Shown one piece after another: positions 20,591-30,209 of a DNA stretch of 64,000 nt (positions within the stretch are counted from its first letter, which is position 1; each line of letters opens with the position of its first letter). The DNA is from a virus (Duplodnaviria > Caudoviricetes). The position numbers were made by a program, and so were the translations under genes. Location: positions 96,001 through 160,000 of IMG/VR virus record IMGVR_UViG_3300014204_000114; one strand, written 5' to 3'. The notes under the pieces were generated by a model, which saw nothing but the letters and a program-made list of their open reading frames with translations, ran no database searches and had not been told where the DNA came from.

Positions 20591-20834
20591 TCAACAGGTG
20601 GTTCAAGTCGCTCACGTAGTAGCTAAATATATGCTAGAGAATCCAGGAGAGTGGAATAACGAGACTCTCGTGATTTATGGTGTAAGTAATGAGGTTGAAT
20701 TAGAATCTATATTAAATTCTCTTAAGAAGAGATATGTAAATCATTCCGAATCCAGAGAGCCTGACATGGGCTTGTCTCTAACGGGGATAGCAAGTACGAG
20801 CAGAAATGTTTTTAATAAGTTAAAACTGCTCTAG
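20550..20834 (+). CDS. peptidyl-tRNA hydrolase 2 (Pth2)-like protein
   Basis: KLYVVTRRDL.PSQQVVQVAH...W.NETLV...V.NE.EL...REPD....LTGIA, the Pth2-fold signature. Confidence 0.75.
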   Translation: MKLYVVTRRDLLPSQQVVQVAHVVAKYMLENPGEWNNETLVIYGVSNEVELESILNSLKKRYVNHSESREPDMGLSLTGIASTSRNVFNKLKLL

Positions 20835-20903
20835 TCGCTCAAATAGATAGGGCAAACGTCTCTAAAACGTAGTATGTTGGTTAGAGTCCAACCTATGGCA
20901 CCA
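20828..20903 (+). tRNA. amber suppressor-type tRNA (anticodon CTA)
   Basis: Acceptor gctctag/ctatggc (one mismatch) + ACCA, D stem gctc/gggc, anticodon arm aacgt-ctCTAaa-acgta, T arm gttgg-ttagagt-ccaac. Confidence 0.75.
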
Positions 20904-20924
20904 AATTTTATAAGGAGAAATAAA

Positions 20925-21119
20925 TTGGAAGAACAAAAGAAAGAAACAACTGAAGAATCAAAAGGGTTTAAATCTCTTATCGGGTTACTACTGACCGTAG
21001 CTGTATTTATATCTCTGATATACTTGCCTACAGCAGTAGTAAAGATTGTAGATTTTCAGAAACATAATTCGCCGACTGAAGTTACGATGACTATCGGAGT
21101 AACAGAAACGACAAAGTAA
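20925..21119 (+). CDS. small membrane protein
   Basis: SD aaggag + TTG, one TM helix LIGLLLTVAVFISLIYL. Confidence 0.6.
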   Translation: MEEQKKETTEESKGFKSLIGLLLTVAVFISLIYLPTAVVKIVDFQKHNSPTEVTMTIGVTETTK

Positions 21120-21130
21120 AAGGAGTTAAT

Positions 21131-21751
21131 ATGCCCAGAGGAAAAGTAAAAGAAAAAGTATTAAAGCTGTCAGATTTTACAGAATTTGGTATGCCCGATC
21201 CTATTTATAGAGCTAAGTTTATCGAGGGGGGCATAGAGATAGACTGGGGTATGCTCGGCGATTTACATGAACAGTACCGGGTATTCTTCTATACTAATAA
21301 TAAGGATACGAATCTACTTTTATTCTCCTTAAAAGGGAATAAAAAGGGTCAAGTGCAGGGATTTGAGATAGAAGCAGCTTCAGGTAAGGCTCCATATTAT
21401 ATCCATTGCGATTCATTTTTTAGAGTTGCAAAGTTCCCAATAGAAAAATATAAAAACAAATACTACAGAGTTTCAAATATTAAGCTTGACGGCGTTAGCT
21501 TATTTAAGATCGATTTGTCTATCGAAGTGACCGAAGCAGGATGGGAAGCATCCATAGTAAAAGGTCCTATTCGTAAATCACGTAAAGGAATAAAGCTTGG
21601 ACCCAGAAAGAAACCCGAGATTGAAGCTGTTCAGGAAAAGCCTCAAGAAAAGCCTGCTTATAGGAAATTAGATCTTGGAGATCAAAGACCTGCGGTGCCG
21701 CAATTCTCTAAAGCAATGGGCGAAAAAGTATTAAAATCATTCACAGAGTGA
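21131..21751 (+). CDS. hypothetical protein
   Basis: 206 aa, SD aggag. Confidence 0.65.
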   Translation: MPRGKVKEKVLKLSDFTEFGMPDPIYRAKFIEGGIEIDWGMLGDLHEQYRVFFYTNNKDTNLLLFSLKGNKKGQVQGFEIEAASGKAPYYIHCDSFFRVAKFPIEKYKNKYYRVSNIKLDGVSLFKIDLSIEVTEAGWEASIVKGPIRKSRKGIKLGPRKKPEIEAVQEKPQEKPAYRKLDLGDQRPAVPQFSKAMGEKVLKSFTE

Positions 21752-22485
21752 GGGATAATATGCCAGTAGAAAAAGTAAAATTAGAAGACATAAGAGAAAA
21801 GTATATCTCAGGCATGAATATGCGAGAAATAGGGAGTTACTACGGCGTGACATATCAGGCCGTTGCGGACAGATTAAAAAGGGCAGGAGTCCCACGAAGA
21901 GGAAGAGGAGCTCCTGTGTCCAAAGAAAGGATTAAAGCTGAGAGTCTGCTGAATGATGACCTTTTAAGGTACTTAAAGCATGACCTTAAGCTTACAAATA
22001 AACAAATCGCCGAAAGAATAAAAGTACCCGCTCAAACAGTTGGAAGTATAGCAGTAAAAAGAGGCATCCTTTATGAGCCTTCTAAAGAAGATAAGTACCA
22101 CATAGCCAGACCTAATGGGGTTAAACAAATATTTAATACTCCCGCTAAACAGGAAAAGCTTAAAGCGGACATTAAGAAGTACTATTACGAATTAGGTTTG
22201 TCTGTAAACGATACTGCAGAGAAAGTAGGCGTAAGCTGGCGGACAGTACTTCGCTGGATGAATTACTGGAACATGGAAAGAAGAAGCCGGAATATGATCT
22301 TCCCTTATCTAGATAAGGCTCAGAAGCAAGAGCTTAAAGCCAATATTAAAAGGATGTATCTGAAAGAAAGAATGACTACTTTTGAAGTGGCTGAAAAATT
22401 AAATACTACTGCTAGTACTATCGGCAGATGGATGGATATATTCGGAATTAAAAAGAGAGGTAACAGAAAGAGAGCTATCAAGTGA
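21748..22485 (+). CDS. multi-HTH DNA-binding protein
   Basis: Four repeats of the type Y...GxS...IA...GVS..TV.RW....I.RR. Confidence 0.7.
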   Translation: MRDNMPVEKVKLEDIREKYISGMNMREIGSYYGVTYQAVADRLKRAGVPRRGRGAPVSKERIKAESLLNDDLLRYLKHDLKLTNKQIAERIKVPAQTVGSIAVKRGILYEPSKEDKYHIARPNGVKQIFNTPAKQEKLKADIKKYYYELGLSVNDTAEKVGVSWRTVLRWMNYWNMERRSRNMIFPYLDKAQKQELKANIKRMYLKERMTTFEVAEKLNTTASTIGRWMDIFGIKKRGNRKRAIK

Positions 22486-23828
22486 GTACTAAAATTAACT
22501 GGCGACAAGTTAAGGATATCGAAGAGCTTAAGAAGCTAGCTACTGATGCCGAAGGGTATGATGTAGACTATGCTATTATGCTTGTCCATGGAGCGTATTC
22601 CAGAAAAGGAGTTCAGTACGAGCCGGAAGAAAATCTATTTTGGGTCTACAACCATATAGACGATTCAGAACAACTTCTGACTGAAGAGCAACTCTTCGAT
22701 ACGGACTATACAAACGTAGGAGACGCTATAAAGAAAGGTCATTTCTTCGTAGACTCCGACCAGATAAACTGGGAGATAGGATGAAAGTTAAAAAGCTTAT
22801 TGAATTAATAAAAGACTATCCAGATCATGTAATTGTTATAGGAGCTTGCGACTGGAATTCCAAAGTCTCTAATTTCTCAACAGGCTATATAGTTAAAGGA
22901 GACGATGGCATTTCCGAATTCTGCGATGCTTGGGATTACCAAGAAAATAAGCTAATGCAAGCTTCTAAAATAAAAAAAGCTTTAGTGCTTTGGCCGGAGG
23001 ATTAATGAAACCCAATCTAGAACATCACGGAGATATGACTTTAAATCTTGATTATTGGGATTGTGAATGTGAGTTCGGCTATATCCATGCTATAGATGTG
23101 GATTATTGCCCTATATGCGGAGCTCATAGAGAAGATCAACCCAATTCAAGAGCTGAAGAAGTTGAACATTTAATAAAGTGTGGTTAAAATGGCTGATAAT
23201 TATTTACAATTCTCAGAAGCTTTCGATATCGAACACCCTGAAATTCTTAAAGATATTATAGAAAAATACGAAAAAGAATTAGAAGAAGATGATGACGGAT
23301 ATGATAATGTCATACAATTCGAATACGAGTTCGACGAGAAGAGAAAAACCTTTTGGGCTCATGCTGATGAATGTGGCGAGCCTAGTCATTTAGCAGAAGT
23401 ATTACATAGGTATTTAAAAGAGACGAACTCAGATACGGTATTTTCTTTTGAATATGCATACACCTGTTCTAAGATGCGATGTGGAGAGTTTGGTGGTGCG
23501 GCCATAGCCATAAGCAGAAAGAAAATACTATGGTCTGAATCTTCTCTCCAATTAGTCGAGAAATTAAAAAAGCAATTAAAATGTAAGAGGACCAAGAATG
23601 CCTAGATATTTGGTAGAAGTACCTGAGATATGGATAAAGCATTACTTTGTAGACGATGCCAAGGACGAAGACGATGCTATAGATAAGGTCGACATAGGAG
23701 ATTGTCACGAATTGAATGGCGATGACGACTTTTATATGCAGCGTGTCGAAGATAAAGAAGAGTGGATAGCCACCAAAATTACGTTAAAACCAATCGGAAA
23801 ACCAAAAAGAGATGGTGAAACTCTCTAA

Positions 23829-26663
23829 ATGCACAGCTACTTCTCAGAAAAAGCTAGTAAGATTATAGGATGGATAGACTTTGATAGATTAATTGAGCTG
23901 GAGAATCAAGATGAGTTCTATATAGAACTGGATAACTATGATTTCCACGATAAGTTCTCCGGAGAAAGATTTCTAGATTATTTAATCTATCTTAAAGTCA
24001 AGGATATTAAAGTCTCCAATCCTAATAATTCTTGTGTAGCATGGGTTACAGGCGTTACTGACGATAAGCCTGTAGCTTTGCCTGAAAGGGAGATTGGGTC
24101 CTTGCCTGACGTAGATATAGACGTATCGAAGGATCACAGGCAGGATGTTATAGATTATCTTGTATCCAAATATGGCAAGGATAATGTAGCGCCTATAGCC
24201 ACCTTCAATTCATTTGCCCTCAAATCAGCTATAAGGGCCGTAGCGAGGACTTTGGAATACCCCTATGAGATAGGCGATAAGCTATCAAAGATGTCTCCTG
24301 ACCCCGTGCAGGGCAAAAATCTGACATTTTTAGAAGCTCTTGAGGAAGTTCCTGAGCTTAAACGGATATACGAAGAAGGTGGAGAGGGGTTTAATGGCGA
24401 CGCCCAAAAAATATTAAAGGAAGTAAAGCTAATAGAAGGTATTATATCTTCTGTTGGTACGCATGCTTCCGGAGTAGTTATTTCTCCGTTTACATTAACC
24501 GATCTATTACCTCTACAGCTTAATAATAAAGATATGACTGTCGTCCAGTACGATATGGAGGATGTAGAGGCTTTAGGATTAGTAAAGTTTGATATATTGG
24601 GGATTAAAACTTTAACTACGTTAAAGATGTGCGCGGATTTTATAAAAGAAAGATTCAATATCACTATAGATTTTGAGAATATACCTTTGGATGATCCTAA
24701 TGTTTACAAGATGATATGCGAGGGATTCCTCTTAGGAATATTCCAGCTTGAAACTTCTTCCGGCATGAGACAAATAGTAAAACAGATACAGCCTAAATGC
24801 ATAGAAGATCTATCAGATATATTAGCTATATATAGACCTGGTCCTCTGGGTAGTTCCGAGCTTAAGAATTATTTAGAATGTAAGACTACAGGCAAGGAAC
24901 CAAAGTATGCCCACCCTGCATTAGAACCTATCCTTAAACCGACTTCCGGATTGATGCTTTATCAAGAGCAAATTATGAGAATAGCCAGGGATATATGTGG
25001 GTACACAATGGTCGAGGGCGATTCTCTGAGAAAATGTGTGTCTGGAGATACTTTATTCTGGACTCAAGATGGCTATAAACACATAAAAGATATGGTGCGT
25101 AATAGAAAAAGAAATACTGCTCGTACTTTAACGAATTATGAAATCGTGGATAATAAAATTGATAATGCTTTTAAGTCGGGGATAAAGGACACTATAAAAA
25201 TAATTACAGAAAGCAGATCTGAGATAATATGTACTCCGGATCATGAGATATTTACTAATGAAGGATATATTCAAGCCAAAGACTTAACTAGAGCTCATTA
25301 TTTATTACACGATATTACTGAAAAGTATGGCACGTACGACATAGACGAAGATTTATTGTTTTTAATAGCGGCTCTCGTTACAGAAGGACATACTGGTAAA
25401 AACGCTTGGTATTTTTGTAATAAAGATAAAATTTACATAGATAAATTCATAGATGCATTTTACAATATTTTCAAATACATTCCTAAGACACATATAGGCG
25501 GAAATGATGTTATTTATGTTCAAATAAAAGCTGACGCCAGTAAATATTTAACAGATAATTTCCCATCAATAGTCGGCACTAGCGCTTTTAAGTCTTTACC
25601 GTTTGATTTTCTTAATTTAGTACAAGAGAAACATCTCAAATTGCTAAGCTGGATGATAGATTTTGATGGATGGGCAGATGATAGACACATAGCTTACTGT
25701 ACTAAATCAATTAAACTAGCAGCACAAGTTAAATTACTATTTGAAAATATAGGTTGCGGGGCTTATATACTTAATAAAAAAGTTAAAGGATACGGTATAT
25801 TTTATAATGTGCATATTGGAGATAGACAAGATATCTTAAGAGCTAAAAATAAATTAATATATTCAGAGAAAATATCCTCTAAAAACTTTTCTACTACCAG
25901 AGACGCTAAAAGAAATTATGTATCTAAGTATACTATACCTTCTAATATATACAAACCTATTATTGATTCTATAATAAAACAGTCTGGATATAGCAGAAAT
26001 GAATTAGTAGGAAAAAATATATCTGGTTCTTATTTTTCCGGGCCATTAGGTATAGATAGACTGTCTGATATTTTGTCGGTTTGCGGGCGCTCGAAAGAAT
26101 TAGAATTTTATTTAAATAGAGAGGTTTATTGGGATAAAATTCGATCGATAACTCCAAATGGGGAGATCGATGTGTATGACTTTAGTATGACAGAAAGATC
26201 TAGTCCTCGTGCATTTGCTAATAACATACTTATACATAATTGCGTAGGAAAGAAAAAAGCAGAGGAGTTATTAAAACACGAGGAAAAGTTCGTATCTGGC
26301 GGAATTAGATTGGGTTTTCCAGAGAAAATGCTCAGAGATTTATTTAACAATATCAAGAGCTTTGGGGCGTATGGATTCAATAAATGTCTAACTGGGGACA
26401 CTAAAGTAAAAACTCCAGACGGTATAAAGGCTATCGAAAGCTTAAAAGTCCCATGTACTTTGTTATCGATGGACGCTAATAACAATATTATCGAAAATGA
26501 GTGTGTCGAAAAAATAGATTGCGGAGAACAAGACGTATATGAAATTGAATTTAGCGATAGCTGTATCATAAAATGTACCCTAGATCATAAGTTCATGTGT
26601 GGTGATAATAAAATGCATAGCGTGAGGGATATTATAAAAGATGACTTGACAGTTCTAGCTTAG
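23829..26663 (+). CDS. dnaE: DnaE piece 3: catalytic palm/thumb/fingers with an internal intein and a C-terminal split IntN
   Basis: SLPDVDID, GTHASGVVI, GLVKFDILG, GIFQLE, YRPGPL, LYQEQIM, LRK|intein|CVGKKK, AYGFNK|IntN. Confidence 0.95.
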   Translation: MHSYFSEKASKIIGWIDFDRLIELENQDEFYIELDNYDFHDKFSGERFLDYLIYLKVKDIKVSNPNNSCVAWVTGVTDDKPVALPEREIGSLPDVDIDVSKDHRQDVIDYLVSKYGKDNVAPIATFNSFALKSAIRAVARTLEYPYEIGDKLSKMSPDPVQGKNLTFLEALEEVPELKRIYEEGGEGFNGDAQKILKEVKLIEGIISSVGTHASGVVISPFTLTDLLPLQLNNKDMTVVQYDMEDVEALGLVKFDILGIKTLTTLKMCADFIKERFNITIDFENIPLDDPNVYKMICEGFLLGIFQLETSSGMRQIVKQIQPKCIEDLSDILAIYRPGPLGSSELKNYLECKTTGKEPKYAHPALEPILKPTSGLMLYQEQIMRIARDICGYTMVEGDSLRKCVSGDTLFWTQDGYKHIKDMVRNRKRNTARTLTNYEIVDNKIDNAFKSGIKDTIKIITESRSEIICTPDHEIFTNEGYIQAKDLTRAHYLLHDITEKYGTYDIDEDLLFLIAALVTEGHTGKNAWYFCNKDKIYIDKFIDAFYNIFKYIPKTHIGGNDVIYVQIKADASKYLTDNFPSIVGTSAFKSLPFDFLNLVQEKHLKLLSWMIDFDGWADDRHIAYCTKSIKLAAQVKLLFENIGCGAYILNKKVKGYGIFYNVHIGDRQDILRAKNKLIYSEKISSKNFSTTRDAKRNYVSKYTIPSNIYKPIIDSIIKQSGYSRNELVGKNISGSYFSGPLGIDRLSDILSVCGRSKELEFYLNREVYWDKIRSITPNGEIDVYDFSMTERSSPRAFANNILIHNCVGKKKAEELLKHEEKFVSGGIRLGFPEKMLRDLFNNIKSFGAYGFNKCLTGDTKVKTPDGIKAIESLKVPCTLLSMDANNNIIENECVEKIDCGEQDVYEIEFSDSCIIKCTLDHKFMCGDNKMHSVRDIIKDDLTVLA
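25035..26240 (+). mobile_element. 402 aa intein with a LAGLIDADG endonuclease
   Basis: CVSGDT...TPDHEI...LIAALVTEG...WMIDFDG...VYDFSM...LIHN|C. Confidence 0.9.
26385..26660 (+). mobile_element. split intein N-half (92 aa)
   Basis: CLTGDTKV...GEQDVYEIEF...CTLDHKFM, then a stop. Confidence 0.9.
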
Positions 26664-26674
26664 GAGTCTATAAT
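26646..26674 (+). promoter_or_regulatory. perfect sigma70 promoter overlapping the IntN 3' end, driving the endonuclease and the IntC-DnaE gene
   Basis: TTGACA-17-TATAAT followed by SD aggagg. Confidence 0.8.
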
Positions 26675-26702
26675 CATATAAGAGGCATAGGAGGCCTTTT
26701 AT

Positions 26703-27596
26703 ATGGAACAAACGAACACAATGAGACGTAGGCGTAATTTTTCTCCACCTAACAAAACAATTACAGACGACGATAAAAGATTTATGGTAGAACAGTACGT
26801 AACACATAAAAAATCAGCTAACGAAATATTAAAGATGTTTAACGGAAAGTTTAAAACTACTAAAACTGTTTATGACGTTCTAAAACAATTCGATATTAAA
26901 GGAAGAGAATTACAAGACTATATTAATATAGACCACCTATTCTTTTCAGAAATAAACACTTCAGCCAAAGCCTACATATTAGGCTTATTTATAACAGATG
27001 GTTGGGTAATATCTGATAAAGGGGCGTTCGGGATCCAATTAACAATGGAAGACGAGAATATAATCAAAATGATTAGAAAAGAACTTAAATCAGATACGAG
27101 TTTAGTAACATGTTATAAAAAACCATTCGAAGGTGCTAACGGAAATATATATCAACCTAAAGATATGATAAGATTCTTCGCCCATTCTAAGCAAATTGTT
27201 AACGATCTGTCTAGGTACGGCGTAATCAACAATAAGAGCGACAAGACGTTACTGCCTCTGATTGGCCCAAATTTTATGCCACATATGTTAAGAGGTATTT
27301 TAGACGGAGACGGCAGCGTGTATATACATGCTCAATCGAATAATCTATGTATTAGATTTATAGGAACGAGAGTCCTAGTAGCCCAAATCTCAATGTTTTT
27401 AGCCTTAGCATTAGGCGTAAAATATAACTATCCTAATATACGAACTAAACAAAAAGAGACATATATGGATATTTGTTATGTAGATTGGGAGAGTAAAGAA
27501 GAGGTCGAAAAAATAATAAGATATATATATAAGGACTCGGACGAAGACCATAGGATAAGAAGAAAATATGAGAAAGCTAAAGATTATATCATATAA
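26703..27596 (+). CDS. free-standing LAGLIDADG homing endonuclease between the split intein halves
   Basis: AYILGLFITDG and MLRGILDGDG motifs with an N-terminal HTH-like segment. Confidence 0.9.
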   Translation: MEQTNTMRRRRNFSPPNKTITDDDKRFMVEQYVTHKKSANEILKMFNGKFKTTKTVYDVLKQFDIKGRELQDYINIDHLFFSEINTSAKAYILGLFITDGWVISDKGAFGIQLTMEDENIIKMIRKELKSDTSLVTCYKKPFEGANGNIYQPKDMIRFFAHSKQIVNDLSRYGVINNKSDKTLLPLIGPNFMPHMLRGILDGDGSVYIHAQSNNLCIRFIGTRVLVAQISMFLALALGVKYNYPNIRTKQKETYMDICYVDWESKEEVEKIIRYIYKDSDEDHRIRRKYEKAKDYII

Positions 27597-28932
27597 AAAG
27601 GTAGGTACAAAAAAGACTTACAATCTTCGTATGATTAAGAAGCCACATAACTATATATTGGCTAATGGATTAGTTTCTGCTAACTCGCATAGCATTTCAT
27701 ATAGTTATATAACATACTTCACGTCTTACATGAAGTGTTATTACCCTACTGATTTTATGGCATCGTTATTATCTAATGAAGATAATCCTGATATGTTTAA
27801 GCAGTATCTTAGAGAATGTTCTGATTTAGGGTTAAAGATAATGCCGCCGGATATAAATGAATCCGATAGAGGGTTTAGACCTGCAGGGGATGATTCGAAT
27901 CCGGTTATCTATTTTGGTTTAAATGGTATTACAGGTATAGGATCTAAAGTCGTAGATGAGATATTGTTAGCCAGAGAATCCGGTCCTTTTATGAATATTA
28001 AAGATTTTGTTTCAAGAGTTAATACCAGAGTAGTTAATAAAGGCAAGAGAGAACTACTAGCCAAAATAGGCTGCTTTGATAAGTTTAATGTTAATAGAAG
28101 GGCTGTTGCTGAACAGCTAGAGGACTTAGTTGATTATGCGGCAAGAACAAGAACTTATAATGCCGCGCTGGATAAGTATCATGCTTATGTAGACAAGAGA
28201 AGAGAAGAAGGGAAAGATATAACAAAGGTCCCGCCTGCTAAACCTGTGTTCGAAAAGACTTATTCTCATGTGGAAAATTATATAGAGAAAGAGCTATGTG
28301 ATTTTGAAAGAGATTTCTTGGGGGCATACGTAACCAATCACCCGTTGATTAAGATAAGACAATTCAAGGGAGACTCTCAATATGTCATTTCGGACTTAAA
28401 GGATGACTATTATGTGGACCAGCCGATTCATCTCTACTGTATGGTAGAAGACGCCCGAAAGATAAAGACTAAGAATGGAACCAACATGGCGTTCCTGAAA
28501 ATCATAGACGAGTTTGATAGTATAGAATGCGTAGTGTTCCCTAAAGTGTATGAAGTATCTAAAAGTGTATTGGTAGATCCATATCTATCCGGCGCGTATT
28601 TTATCGAGGGAATGCTTCGACCTAACTATCAAGACAGATCTGTAATGAATGTTATAGCTAATAAGATAATGCCTATAGAAAGCAGTGAAGGATTAAGGCA
28701 TAACTATAAATTAATTCTTAAGCCTAATAAGACATTCCATAAGCTTCTTAAGATGAAACCTCTTCTAAAACGCCACAGAGCTTATGAGAATAACCTTAAT
28801 ATGATATCTCTTAAGATAGGCGACATCGAATTTGAATTCCGTAACTCAAGACAGTTCGAAGAAACAGGAAAGATCAGAGCTCTATTAAGAGAGAACGGCA
28901 TTGATGGAAATCTAGTATTGGAAAAACGTTAG
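27568..28932 (+). CDS. dnaE: DnaE piece 4: IntC (39 aa) fused to the C-terminal fingers/HhH/OB domains
   Basis: MRKLKII...HNYILANGLVSAN|SHSISYS..YMKCYYP, PPDINES, GLNGITGIG, ERDFLGAYVTNHP, TKNGTNMAF. Confidence 0.93.
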   Translation: MRKLKIISYKKVGTKKTYNLRMIKKPHNYILANGLVSANSHSISYSYITYFTSYMKCYYPTDFMASLLSNEDNPDMFKQYLRECSDLGLKIMPPDINESDRGFRPAGDDSNPVIYFGLNGITGIGSKVVDEILLARESGPFMNIKDFVSRVNTRVVNKGKRELLAKIGCFDKFNVNRRAVAEQLEDLVDYAARTRTYNAALDKYHAYVDKRREEGKDITKVPPAKPVFEKTYSHVENYIEKELCDFERDFLGAYVTNHPLIKIRQFKGDSQYVISDLKDDYYVDQPIHLYCMVEDARKIKTKNGTNMAFLKIIDEFDSIECVVFPKVYEVSKSVLVDPYLSGAYFIEGMLRPNYQDRSVMNVIANKIMPIESSEGLRHNYKLILKPNKTFHKLLKMKPLLKRHRAYENNLNMISLKIGDIEFEFRNSRQFEETGKIRALLRENGIDGNLVLEKR

Positions 28933-29144
28933 AATAATCAACTAGATTTTATTTATTTTATTTTTCGGAGATAAGATGGAGATCCAGACAAAGGTCCTAT
29001 ACCTGATAGGATTCATTTTATTATTATCTTTACTAATAGGAATGGCAGTTCTTTGCGTTCTGGTTAAGATAATAATCTATTTGGTAAGCAATTTTGGAAT
29101 TTTTTTGTTGATTTTGTTTTTACTGTATTGTATAATACGGGATA

Positions 29145-29966
29145 ATGGAAAGGGAGATAGCAATGGAGATATACAAGACGAATAAGATTTCTCTGTCGGG
29201 CAATCGCAAAGTAGATCCGAACACGCTAGATATTTCTAAGGGATGTATAGGCGCTCAAAAGAGAGAGAATGGATGTTATAACGCCTGTTACGCCTGTAAG
29301 ATGTCCAAGTTAGCCAACAAAGATTTCTCCGTTCCCGTCCCGCAGATATTAGACGAAAGTCTATTACGTAAACAGCTTAAAACTCTAAAGCAAAACTGGG
29401 TTAGGATAGGAGTCTCCGGAGACCCATCTTCGGATTGGGATACTACAGTTAAAGTGTGTCAGATAGTCAGAGAGTCAGGGAGAACCCCGGTAGTCAAAAC
29501 TAAATGCTGGACAGAACCAGAACAGATACATCTTAAGCAAATGGCTGTTTCTAATACCATCTTCCAAGTCTCTATGTCAGCACTAGATGATGAGGACGAA
29601 AGCAAACGAAGATCCAAAGCCTTGGCTTCTTACAGAGACCTCCTGCCAGGCTATTCTGTTCCTATGGTAAACTCGCTTGCGTTTAAGCCCGGAGAATTAC
29701 ACACCAGACAAGCTACTGATTCTGAATTACTTTTAAAGTTCTGCGGGAGTATCTTAGAAGTTCCAATAAGACTGTTTAAGACTAACCCTATATGGAAAGA
29801 GCTTGACGAGTCAAAATATCATCATCACGAATCAGTCATAAGTGGTAAGGAAGATTCCCAGTATACAGCCGGACTGGTAATAAATCTTACCGGCGTCTAT
29901 CCATGTAATACTAAATGTAGTGAATGCGAGAACCAATGTATGGTCAATGTGTTGGAGAAAAAGTAA
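29145..29966 (+). CDS. radical-SAM-like protein (SPL/DUF5131-like)
   Basis: GC....GCYNACYAC, RIGVSGDP, C-terminal CxxxCxxCxxxC. Confidence 0.6.
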   Translation: MEREIAMEIYKTNKISLSGNRKVDPNTLDISKGCIGAQKRENGCYNACYACKMSKLANKDFSVPVPQILDESLLRKQLKTLKQNWVRIGVSGDPSSDWDTTVKVCQIVRESGRTPVVKTKCWTEPEQIHLKQMAVSNTIFQVSMSALDDEDESKRRSKALASYRDLLPGYSVPMVNSLAFKPGELHTRQATDSELLLKFCGSILEVPIRLFKTNPIWKELDESKYHHHESVISGKEDSQYTAGLVINLTGVYPCNTKCSECENQCMVNVLEKK

Positions 29967-30209
29967 CATGGTCCCTTACGGCTCTACTAAAAAAGACCCT
30001 TTGAAATTAGATAAAGTGGATCTTGAAACTTTATATAATAATTTTAAAGAGGGTTTGTTTGATACGCAGATTAAGGATTACGAATATATAATTGCTTCAA
30101 GACAATTAGTTGATACTACAGATGCTATCGGAAGATACGCTAATCACTTCGGTAATGACAACCAGATAATGGTTTGTACTGGATTGCAGTTTTCTAAGAA
30201 GGAGGACTA

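Noticed and set aside
20828-20903. Pyrrolysine tRNA (pylT)
   Set aside because: It shares the CTCTAAA loop and a TTAGA T-loop, but has a normal-size D-loop, a standard-length anticodon stem and A73. No pyl genes are in the window.
20550-21119. Pth2-membrane protein fusion by double TAG readthrough across the tRNA
   Set aside because: The frames match, but the downstream gene has its own SD and TTG at 20925, and the path runs through a tRNA. This is probably coincidence.
18871-23829. Self-splicing intron joining dnaE pieces 2 and 3
   Set aside because: I found no group I or II core or boundary motifs. The interval holds ordinary genes, promoters and tRNAs, and both pieces have extra terminal coding sequence.
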